Below are positions 51,959 to 60,924 of a DNA stretch of 64,000 nucleotides, piece after piece. The DNA is from an uncultured Rubripirellula sp. (GTDB lineage: Bacteria > Planctomycetota > Planctomycetia > Pirellulales > Pirellulaceae): the NCBI GenBank assembly GCA_938085445.1, contig CALKGR010000003.1, forward strand, positions 64,001-128,000, read 5' to 3'. The translations under genes were made by a program, and so were the position numbers. Position 1 is the stretch's first letter. Each line of letters starts with the position of its first letter. The notes beneath the pieces were generated by a model. That model was not told the DNA's origin. It searched no databases and worked only from the letters and a program-made list of their open reading frames with translations.

Positions 51959-53155
51959 TCAGTTAGTGGTGACTCCCGTGTTCAGCCAGAAGTCCTTGCA
52001 GGCATCTTGAATCTGTTGTTCCCCAATCAAACGCCTTTCGCTGCGTTTTCCGGTCCAGCGGTCGGCGACTCCTTTGAGCTTCACACGAATTTCGCTGTCC
52101 AATCCATTCGCTGAACAGATCTGATTGGCGATCGCCAGTTGATAGCGAGCTTGTGGATAGATGGGGACAAAGCGGCTGCTCAGGGACAAGGACTCCAGTG
52201 ATAGTCGTTGCCAGCCGTCACGGTCTTCATCGTCTTCCAAAAATGCGGTTAATTCTGAGTCCAGCTTACCACTGACAGATCGGTGCAGCTCTATTTCTGC
52301 ACGACTCGTGTGAGGTGAGTAAAGCGACCATGATGTCCAATGATCCCAGTAGCCAGAACGCTCTAGAAATGGACAGAAGATCGCCAGCAGGATCAAGAGC
52401 TTGACGAACAAAGCTGCCCTTGAAAGTATCGGACCCGGACCGTTCGGAAGTGTGGCGTGGTCGGCATCTTCTGATTCTGTTGCTTTTGACTGAATGGCGG
52501 GCCGTACCCAGAACAACAAATATGCCTGTGCAATCAACATCAAATTCCAAAGCAAGACACCGCGGCTATGGTTGAGGCCCCAAGGACCGAGCAGTATCAA
52601 TAGCGAGACGTGCATCAAAATCAGAACGATGACCGACAATCGGCGAGTTCTTGGCAGGTACAGCCCGAGCCCAGCCAGAAGCTCGACCGTTGGAAATAAA
52701 AGCGTCATGCGGGTGGCTGTGTCAGCATCAAGATCGAAAGGTAGTCCCCCCAGCAATTCAGTCAATACACCTAGCAGGTCCTGACCTACCGTATGTTGAA
52801 ACTGAAAATCAAATTTCCCAGCCGCACTGTAGACATAGACACTCGCAGCGAGCAGCATGATCCACTTGCGTGTAGAACTTGAATTCATGGTGCAGAATAT
52901 CAATGCGTAGAAAAATGATTGATATGCCCATGGTTGAAGCCGGTGTTGATCGACCAGAAAAGAGGTTAGCAATGAACCAGCCACCATCATCCAACCAAGT
53001 CGAACTTGTTTTTCTTTGCTAGCTGCGATTGCAATGATCAAACCAACCAAAAGAGTGACCGATGGCAGAAGCAGTACATCATTCGCCATCGGAATGATGG
53101 GAGGAAAAAGAGAGACAGCCAGGGATATTTGCGAGCTTGGTGATACAAACCACAA
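51959..53155 (-). CDS. Multi-pass membrane protein (HTTM/DoxX-like)
   Basis: DQHRLQPWAYQ, YSAAGKF, LGPWGLNHS and WDHWTSWSLYSP. Start uncertain. Confidence 0.7.
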   Translation of the reverse strand: MWFVSPSSQISLAVSLFPPIIPMANDVLLLPSVTLLVGLIIAIAASKEKQVRLGWMMVAGSLLTSFLVDQHRLQPWAYQSFFYALIFCTMNSSSTRKWIMLLAASVYVYSAAGKFDFQFQHTVGQDLLGVLTELLGGLPFDLDADTATRMTLLFPTVELLAGLGLYLPRTRRLSVIVLILMHVSLLILLGPWGLNHSRGVLLWNLMLIAQAYLLFWVRPAIQSKATESEDADHATLPNGPGPILSRAALFVKLLILLAIFCPFLERSGYWDHWTSWSLYSPHTSRAEIELHRSVSGKLDSELTAFLEDDEDRDGWQRLSLESLSLSSRFVPIYPQARYQLAIANQICSANGLDSEIRVKLKGVADRWTGKRSERRLIGEQQIQDACKDFWLNTGVTTN

Positions 53156-53504
53156 TGGATAAGTAGAAAGGATCAGAACCAGCAGAAAGACTCCCCAGAC
53201 TTTTGCAAAGATTCGTAAATCCGATGTTCCAGCGTTGGCGGAGGTCTCACTTGTTTCTGGATTCGTCGTTGCGATGGTAGCACCTGTCGGTTTTTTTGTC
53301 GTCTTGCTCCTGACAGTTTAGTCGACGAAGTCCCGAGTCCACGATGTAAGCTGTATAAAAGAGGTGCTGATTCCCGGTGCGAACTACGGTCAGAACAGAT
53401 TTTGGCAAGCAGGGAAACCACCACTCAAATTAACGACGGCAAAACTGGTTTCGTTGCTGAACAGAAGCGATGGGTTGAACCGTTTTTCATAGCCAACGGT
53501 GGCA

Positions 53505-53796
53505 GATTGATATGTTGAAGATCGCTAACGTCGTATTTTCAGTCGGTTGGCCCAGCGTTTGAGATGTGCAGCATTGTTCCAACTTGATCTACAAGTTCAC
53601 GAGATCCGGAGACAAAGTCAGCGTGGATATGTATTTCTGCTGCCGCCACAATTCGCAAACTCGCCGCTTGGGCAGTTTCCAGATAAGGTGTAAGGATGCG
53701 ACTGGGATCAATGATCAATACCTCGCCACTTCGTTGACATCCCAGCAAGTAGGAAGCATGTGCCAAGGGTTGATCGTAGAAGTATTTTGATAACAT
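53505..53796 (-). pseudogene. Truncated MBL-fold persulfide dioxygenase/rhodanese-type hydrolase
   Basis: MLSKYFYDQPLAHASYLLGCQ...IDP...HIHADFVSGSREL, then GPTD*KY with TGA at 53541-53539. Similarity ends shortly afterwards. Confidence 0.75.
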
Positions 53797-53854
53797 CAGT
53801 TGGCGGCCTTTGAGCGAACTTGACGTAATATTCGTTCTTTCGGCACACTCAATT

Positions 53855-54415
53855 TCAGGTGCTTTGGGAATGAGTATCGAGATTTCGATACGAGCTTCGA
53901 TTCCACGGCATCCTGCTAAGTAGTAACCCCATGCCACAGGTATCGCTGATCCCAGCAAACACCAATCCTGCCCCCACAAAGATGACCACCAATAGGAAAA
54001 AGGGGTGGATGAGATAAGCAAGAAGAATTCCAAGCAGGGTTACTGTGCCAGCAGCGATACGGACTTGCCGCTCCAGCGAAATGACCTGCTGGTTTTGTTC
54101 AATGGGCAATCCTGCCGCTTGCCATTCTTGGGTCCCACCAAGCACGTTGATGATATTGTCGTAGCCCGCGGCCAGGAATTCCTCAGCGGCCCTCGATGAG
54201 CGTTTGCCACTTTGACAAATCAAATAAAGAGGCTGACCGTCAAACATCTCGGCATGCCTTGCCATGACTGCATCAGGATCAAGCTCGCTGAGTGGGACAT
54301 TCTTAGCCGGAGAGGCATGTAGTATGGAGAATTCAACCTGTGTTCGTACATCAACCAGCTCAACGGGCTGGTCAGCGTGGTGTCTTGCCAACTCTTGGAC
54401 GGTGATTGAATGCAT
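53855..54415 (-). CDS. Rhodanese-domain membrane protein (YgaP-like, DUF2892)
   Basis: DVRTQVEF, active-site CQSGKRS, ISLERQVRIAAG and GISDTCGMGLLLSRMPWN. Confidence 0.9.
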   Translation of the reverse strand: MHSITVQELARHHADQPVELVDVRTQVEFSILHASPAKNVPLSELDPDAVMARHAEMFDGQPLYLICQSGKRSSRAAEEFLAAGYDNIINVLGGTQEWQAAGLPIEQNQQVISLERQVRIAAGTVTLLGILLAYLIHPFFLLVVIFVGAGLVFAGISDTCGMGLLLSRMPWNRSSYRNLDTHSQST

Positions 54416-54441
54416 GATTCTTATGAAATATCGAGTAATCG

Positions 54442-54465
54442 TAAGGTCGCATGTTAGCGATATAT
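54442..54465. promoter_or_regulatory. Candidate ArsR-family operator upstream of rhodanese gene
   Basis: Imperfect palindrome gTCG-N8-CGAtat with the same spacing as the site upstream of the regulator. Confidence 0.4.
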
Positions 54466-54508
54466 TGAGGTCGAAAAAAGGAAGGGATTTACCCTTCCAG
54501 ATCGTGAC

Positions 54509-54826
<318 letters not shown>

Positions 54827-54850
54827 GACTGTCTCCTTGGGGTACTTTTA

Positions 54851-54874
54851 ACATATCGGGATGTCGCGACATGT
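54851..54874. promoter_or_regulatory. Candidate ArsR-family operator (autoregulatory)
   Basis: ACATATCG-N8-CGACATGT inverted repeat (7/8 match) ~25 bp upstream of the arsR start. Confidence 0.5.
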
Positions 54875-54979
54875 CAATTGATTAAATGTTCCCCAAAAGC
54901 AGGCTTTTCGCCTAATTGCGTTCGGCAGGGATCTCGCCGGATCGTCAGGGTTCAGCTGAACCAGTGACTTATTTGTTTA

Positions 54980-55740
54980 CTAGTCCACTTGGACTGGTGA
55001 CACGAACCCACCGGGATTCAAGGCAAGCAGCGAGCAATTAACAACTGAGAGTACGATTTCTGTTGTATTGCCAATGAGCAAACCTGCGGCACCTGTTCGA
55101 CAGAGGGTACCCATCAAAAGCAGATCGGCATTGATGTGATTTGCAGCAGAGCGAATCACAGTTGCAGAGTTAACCTGATGAATGTGTTTATGCAGGGTGG
55201 GGGGAGTTGTTTCAGTATCGCCGAGGAGTCCGTTTAGCGATGTCTCTACGTTGGCTTGTTTGTTAGTGACAGCTGCATCGACCTCAGCGTCACCTCAATG
55301 CCTGCTCGTCCAGACTTCCGATGCCGTCCCGACATGCAGTTCAGCATTTTCCATTTCTGCCGATGCTAAGCCAATTTCGATCATCTTTGGATTCAGATGG
55401 CGATGGGTGTCAGTGGATGCATCGAGATCGAGAGCAGGCAAAATTCGGTCAAACTGCCCGTTTCCATCTCATTTCCATAAACACAAAGGACAAGGGCACA
55501 GTCTCAACAGGGAGCGAGCGATTTCTCCAGATAATTTCCCAACGGTCTGTCCAGCGACAGATTTGACTACCAAGTCGTGTCCATCACGAATTACCTTCTT
55601 GACAATTTCAGTCGCTGGATCAGCTTCACCGACTGCGACGTTGATCTTTACTTCTGTGTCTTGGTACGAGTCAGCAATCTTTCGAGATGGTCTTTCACTA
55701 TCAGTTGCTGTCGTTCTTCACTACCGGCAACGTTGGTTAG
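54980..55740 (-). pseudogene. Universal stress protein (UspE-like, two USP domains) pseudogene
   Basis: Manual translation gives ...GHDLVVKS...LLRLCPCPLCLWK*...ILPALD...HLNPKMIE...*...ADLLLMGTLCRTGAAGLLIGNTTEIVLSVVNCSLLALNPGGFVSPV. In-frame TGA at 55471-55469 and 55297-55295, plus a probable frameshift near 55680. Confidence 0.8.
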
Positions 55741-55973
55741 CAAACCCAAGGCGTGTGGGATAGGTTTGGCACAAGGGGCGTAAGGAGCAAAGCGACCTGA
55801 GTACAAATTTTCGATATGAATTTACTGCGGTTCATCCAAATGGTGGATTAGATTGCATCTGGTGGATACATGGTCCCGATTCGAATGCCAGTTGCAGCCT
55901 CAGAAAGTTGGCGGGTACCATGACGGGTTGGGTATTAGAGATGCATGGGTGATTTGAACGCTAAAATTTTCAT

Positions 55974-57872
55974 ATGAATACTTTGAAAAATTGCAAAATT
56001 CTTGTTGCTGCCTGCGGCTTATTGATTGCTTCGTGCCATGTTGCCAGCAGTCAGGAAGCATTCGCGGAGGATTCTTTCCTTCGCGAGGTGGTGCCGTTTC
56101 TGAAAGTGCACTGCTATGAGTGCCACAACGCGGATGAACCTGAAGGTGGGATCGCTTTTGAAAAATACAATAAAAATGCAAATGTTCAGGAGAGCTATGA
56201 TCTTTGGGAGCAGGTGATTCGTTTGCTCAACGAGCATCAAATGCCTCCAGCTGATCAACCACAACCGTCGAAAAGCGAGATTGCAAAGGTGTCGCTGGCA
56301 CTGGAAACCGTGCTGGAAAGTTTTGACTGTTCGGCGGATAAGCATCCTGGTCGGGTAACCATTCGGCGACTCAATAAGGCGGAGTACAACAACACGATCC
56401 GAGATCTTACGGGTCTCGATCTGAAACTTGCAGACGGATTTCCTTCGGATGATGTGGGTGAGGGGTTTGATAATATTGGTGACGTATTATCTCTTCCACC
56501 AATTCTGTTAGAGAAATATCTTGAGGCTGCTTACACTGTTGCTGATGGCATTTTCGAGGATACGAAACTGTCCAAACGTATTTTTCCCCACGAATCAGCG
56601 TCAAACAATCTGTTGGCCCAAGCGCAGGCAGCGCGACTCAATATTCAACACTTCGCATCAAGAGCATTCAGGCGGCCTGTGACGCAGGATGAGCAGGTGC
56701 GGCTCTTCACAATCATGCGTGATGCGTGGGGGCAAGATGCTGAGTCTGAGGAAATTTATAAGACTGTGGTCGTGGCGGTCCTTACCAGTCCGCATTTTCT
56801 TTTCAGAATCGAGAAGGATCCTGAACAAGATGATGAGGATGGGATTAGACAACTTGATGGTTTCGAATTGGCTTCTCGACTCTCCTATTTTCTGTGGAGC
56901 AGCATGCCAGACCAACGACTAATGGATCTTGCCAAGACGGGTAAACTGATGCAACGTGATGTGTTGGTGACTGAGACCAAACGCATGCTGCAGGACCCGA
57001 AGGCGACAGCGCTTGTTGAAAACTTCGCAGGTCAGTGGTTGCAGCTGCGTGATGTTACCCGACTGGAACCTGATCCTGATCTTTTTCCGTCTTTTGATGA
57101 TGAACTGCAGCAATCAATGCGCAGGGAGACAGAGCTGTTTTTTCAGGCGATGATCACGGAAGATCGAAATGTACTGGAGTTTCTGACAGCCGATTTCACT
57201 TATGTCGATCAGCGACTTGCAAGCCATTACGGAATGCGACCCATCAAAGAGCAGGGTTTCCAACGCGTGAAATTGTTGAAGGGGCGACGCGGTATCCTCA
57301 CGCATGCCAGTATTTTGATGCTGACGTCAAATCCGACACGTACCTCTCCCGTGAAGCGTGGAAAATGGATTCTCGACAATATTCTCGCTGAACCACCACC
57401 ACCTCCCCCTGCTGATGTCCCCGAGCTTGAAGAAGGGATTGAGACCTTAGGGTCGCTCCGCGAACAAATGGAGCAGCATCGAGCAAATGAATCTTGTGCC
57501 GTATGCCATCGTACGATGGATGCATTGGGCTTTGGTCTTGAGAATTTTGATGCGATCGGGGCGTGGCGAAATCGTGATGGAAAATTTGAAATTGATGCAA
57601 GCGGGGAATTACCAGGTGGTATCAGTTTCGATGGGGCAGATGGATTGATGAAGATCCTGACTGAGAATAAAGCTGAGCAGTTTTGTCGCTGCCTTGCTCA
57701 GAAACTGCTGATCTATGGTCTGGGCCGGGGCCTAACGACTTATGATCGTTGTGTTATCAATGATGCCTATTCACGCCTGCAGACAAATGAGTACCGATTC
57801 AGTGAACTGGTGATCGCAATTATTACAAGTGACCCGTTTATGATGCGGGAAGCGGTTTCTGTTGATGATTGA
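55974..57872 (+). CDS. Planctomycete DUF1592/DUF1588 (PSD/PSCyt) cytochrome c-type protein
   Basis: Signal peptide, heme motifs CYECH and CAVCH, RRLNKAEYNNTIRDL, ELASRLSYFLWSSMPD and TSPVKRGKWIL. Confidence 0.9.
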   Translation: MNTLKNCKILVAACGLLIASCHVASSQEAFAEDSFLREVVPFLKVHCYECHNADEPEGGIAFEKYNKNANVQESYDLWEQVIRLLNEHQMPPADQPQPSKSEIAKVSLALETVLESFDCSADKHPGRVTIRRLNKAEYNNTIRDLTGLDLKLADGFPSDDVGEGFDNIGDVLSLPPILLEKYLEAAYTVADGIFEDTKLSKRIFPHESASNNLLAQAQAARLNIQHFASRAFRRPVTQDEQVRLFTIMRDAWGQDAESEEIYKTVVVAVLTSPHFLFRIEKDPEQDDEDGIRQLDGFELASRLSYFLWSSMPDQRLMDLAKTGKLMQRDVLVTETKRMLQDPKATALVENFAGQWLQLRDVTRLEPDPDLFPSFDDELQQSMRRETELFFQAMITEDRNVLEFLTADFTYVDQRLASHYGMRPIKEQGFQRVKLLKGRRGILTHASILMLTSNPTRTSPVKRGKWILDNILAEPPPPPPADVPELEEGIETLGSLREQMEQHRANESCAVCHRTMDALGFGLENFDAIGAWRNRDGKFEIDASGELPGGISFDGADGLMKILTENKAEQFCRCLAQKLLIYGLGRGLTTYDRCVINDAYSRLQTNEYRFSELVIAIITSDPFMMREAVSVDD

Positions 57873-58255
57873 CTGCTGGAGTCATCAAACTGAGCGGGTA
57901 TCAGGAATACATCGGTTGCAACTCAGTTGAATGAATGTCACCAACTCATCCAATCGCTTGGTGCTGAGTTTTGGTAAATCAAAACTATGCCAACGTAATC
58001 AAAAGCGATGTGCACCTATCTAATATTCGAGTTGTCTCGACGCATAACGAAGTAAGAAATGCAATGGTGGCAATGGGTGAGGGCAGAACCAAGAAGCTTC
58101 AGAGAGGAAGGATGGGCTTAGGCAACCCAACACCGGACGCGCTGCAATGCATTTCAGCGTAAGGCTGACAATAGAGGACCACTGTCGGGATACTACGGTG
58201 CAGTGTTACACCAGGTGTGAAGGACATGTTTAACTAGCGGTATCGCGGATGCATG

Positions 58256-59137
58256 TCATTTATTTTGCCGTGATGACTGCCGATTGTCTTTTTTGGGCAA
58301 CCACGCAACGATACGGAGAGGGCCGCCACTACCGCCCCCAATCTTCATTGGTAAAGCGATGATTGTGGTTCCGGAAATTGGTAAGCGACTCATGTCGGCT
58401 ACATTTTCAAAGGCTGGAATTTCGTGTTTGAACAGGATGACGTGGCTTTGAAATCGTGTTGATTGGCCAAAGTCGATACTTGCGGTATCGAGACCAATGG
58501 CCTTGATAGCGCGGTGCTCAGTAAGCCATCGAGCGGCTTCCGGATCAAGTCCGGGGAAATGCAATTCAGCAACTGCTTCGGGCCCCAGTTGGTCTGTGCC
58601 GAGGTACTTTTTTCGATCCGGCCAATGTTGGGCATATCCAGTCCTAAGAAGGACAACCACATCGACTAATTGCCGTCCCGTCGTTTCTTCCCAAGCTCTC
58701 AAATCAGCAACGCTGATTTGGTAATCTGGATCTTGACGACATGCTGCTGTGACATCGATCACAGCAGCTTCACCCACTAATTGTTGAAGTGGTAATTGAT
58801 CAACAGATTTACCATGCTCATTGAAGTGGACAGGTGCATCGACATGAGTGCCACCATGTTCGGCTGCCATGAATCGATTCGATGAGTAGTAGTAACCTTT
58901 TTCCGTGATTTCCGCTTTGTCAGAGATTAAACGGAAACCATTTTCGGTTGGCCAATAGATGGTCTGCTTGTCGAATGTGTGAGACAGGTCGATTAATTGC
59001 TGATTGGCGATGTCAATTTGCAGCGAACTGGAACCAGTGTCTTGCTTTTTTTGCTTGGAAATGCTCGTGTCATTTTCAAAGCCGGTGCAGATATTGAGGG
59101 AACTCAAAGTTGCGATGATACAGAGCAGGTATCGCAT
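58256..59137 (-). CDS. Cyclase/kynurenine formamidase-family metal hydrolase, exported
   Basis: IDLSH, EHGGTHVDAPVHF, GLDTASID and ALPMKIGGGSGGPLR; N-terminal signal peptide. Confidence 0.88.
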   Translation of the reverse strand: MRYLLCIIATLSSLNICTGFENDTSISKQKKQDTGSSSLQIDIANQQLIDLSHTFDKQTIYWPTENGFRLISDKAEITEKGYYYSSNRFMAAEHGGTHVDAPVHFNEHGKSVDQLPLQQLVGEAAVIDVTAACRQDPDYQISVADLRAWEETTGRQLVDVVVLLRTGYAQHWPDRKKYLGTDQLGPEAVAELHFPGLDPEAARWLTEHRAIKAIGLDTASIDFGQSTRFQSHVILFKHEIPAFENVADMSRLPISGTTIIALPMKIGGGSGGPLRIVAWLPKKDNRQSSRQNK

Positions 59138-59339
59138 GTTACTTATCACTTTTCCACCTGAGCTGGCGATGGACGGTACGCCTAATGGGAGAATACGTAC
59201 ACTGCTATGTCCGTCAGGATCACTCTCTCCGATGAAATACCACATCAGAGGAAACCCGCTGCGCTACCAACAGTGTCTTCCCGTTTCTGGATATTTGACA
59301 ATGACACTGTTGATCATCGGAGCAACTTGTCGAACCAAA

Positions 59340-59801
59340 TCACGGCTGGAAGGAATTCGCTGCCCCTAAGCCGCTCAATGCCTGACCACTGGCTTGAGAT
59401 GTAAACGCAGACATTTGAAGGCTGAAGGTGCTGATGAAACCATTGATATCATTACTAAGCAAAGGACCAAAACTAGTAATTTTCGCGATGCCAGTGGACT
59501 GTGCGGCGACTCCGAGATCATTCGGCTGAGCGGTGACGTCACTCGTAGTTTTGCCATCTTGGGTATGGTGTTGATCGGTTGCAAAGAGATTGAAGTTTGA
59601 ACCGAAACCCGTGGCTACGATGTTCACAGAAATCCCGGCTGCCACATTTGACTTGGCAAACATACCGAGACCTCGAATTTTGGTGCCTTCGCTGTCTGAC
59701 AGCACCTCGACATCATCGAGACCGAATGATGCTAAATCCTCGGCCTTGCACTCAAAAAGTGCCACGCATACAAGTGCCAAAAACAAAACATAGAATCTCA
59801 T
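59340..59801 (-). CDS. Small secreted protein, FGLxD-[IV]RGLG family (paralogue A)
   Basis: Start reassigned to ATG 59801 (MRFYVLFLALVCVALFECKA|EDLASFGLDDVEVLSDSEGTKIRGLG...); S/T/A/G/N/F-rich mature part. Confidence 0.75.
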   Translation of the reverse strand: MRFYVLFLALVCVALFECKAEDLASFGLDDVEVLSDSEGTKIRGLGMFAKSNVAAGISVNIVATGFGSNFNLFATDQHHTQDGKTTSDVTAQPNDLGVAAQSTGIAKITSFGPLLSNDINGFISTFSLQMSAFTSQASGQALSGLGAANSFQP

Positions 59802-60442
59802 ATTTCTGAGCCCGTTTTTCATACGATAGAGATGGCGGGATAGGTTGCTGCTTCTTCCTAAGCGTCGGGAGTATAGTGGAAACCGGCGGGCATGTTTGGA
59901 TGGGAAGGCGTGGTGGGCTGGGTTTAGCTGATTGGTTTGGAGGTCTGGGTATTTGAGGGTGTTTGGGGGGCTTTGGGTTGGCCTGTTCTTTGCCCAATTA
60001 GGCAGTATCTTCCGCTCTAAGGACAGTTCACTTTCTTTGGAAATTGTGCACCTGTACGCGTCCAGTTGTGGCTTTTCGCGAGGCTCGAATCGAAGTTCGG
60101 TTGGTGAGTTGTAGGTATTGTTCGTCCACTCGGTCTCAGCCCAACTCGCCTTTGGAATGTTAGCGTTGAACGTGCTTTTCAATAGTTACTGGAACCGCGA
60201 GTGAGATTACCAATCTGTTAGAGAACTAGATTTGGCTTAGATTATGAAGTTTGATGGAAGGCCTAAGAAGCTGAATGTGGCGACTGGGGGCTATGCAGAA
60301 GATGCGTCGACCTTGATTGTTGGAAGTGTTGTGCTTGGGTTCGTTTAACGAAATGACCGATCCACTTCTTTAGATCGGAGAACAGCGCAAGATGTTATCC
60401 ATGCCGCCATTCACAACCTTCTAATGAAATGATAGGTGTACG

Positions 60443-60868
60443 ATGTATCGTTATTTTGCCGGTTTGGTGATCGCTACCATCATCACACAAGTAGGGGTGG
60501 CGGACGAACCGGTTCGGGCCTATCGAATGACTCCTAAAGCTGCAGCGGCTCTCGGTCAATTTGGACTTGCCGACCTCAAGCCCATTACACGAAGGAAAGC
60601 TCGAGTTGTACGCGGTCTAGGTGGGGTAGCTTCGACCGGTGGCTTGAGTTTGGTCGTGGGTGCGATCGTCGATCCTGATACGTCCAGTAGTATTTTCGGA
60701 ATCGATGCTAACTCAGCGATTTCACTTCTTGAGATCTGTGGACCGGTTGCAGAGACAGATCCATTCCACAATCAGGAATCAACGCTCAGTCTAGAGCTGG
60801 AGGTTGGATCCTTTTCGGCGGGGCTTCTGGGTGGTGCAGGAGGGGCAGCCCAGGCTCTCTTCCGTTGA
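60443..60868 (+). CDS. Small secreted protein, FGLxD-[IV]RGLG family (paralogue B)
   Basis: Signal peptide; FGLADLKPITRRKARVVRGLG...IVDPDTSS aligns without gaps to paralogue C. Confidence 0.75.
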   Translation: MYRYFAGLVIATIITQVGVADEPVRAYRMTPKAAAALGQFGLADLKPITRRKARVVRGLGGVASTGGLSLVVGAIVDPDTSSSIFGIDANSAISLLEICGPVAETDPFHNQESTLSLELEVGSFSAGLLGGAGGAAQALFR

Positions 60869-60924
60869 TAGCCGATGCAGTGAGAACCATCGATCAGGTG
60901 TTGGGCCAGCGTTCACTAAAGTGA

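Noticed and set aside
59802..60182. N-terminal 127 aa of the 280-aa ORF in the track
   Set aside because: Pro/Asn-rich translation of the G/T-skewed intergenic tract. The signal peptide and the alignment to paralogue C place the start at 59801.
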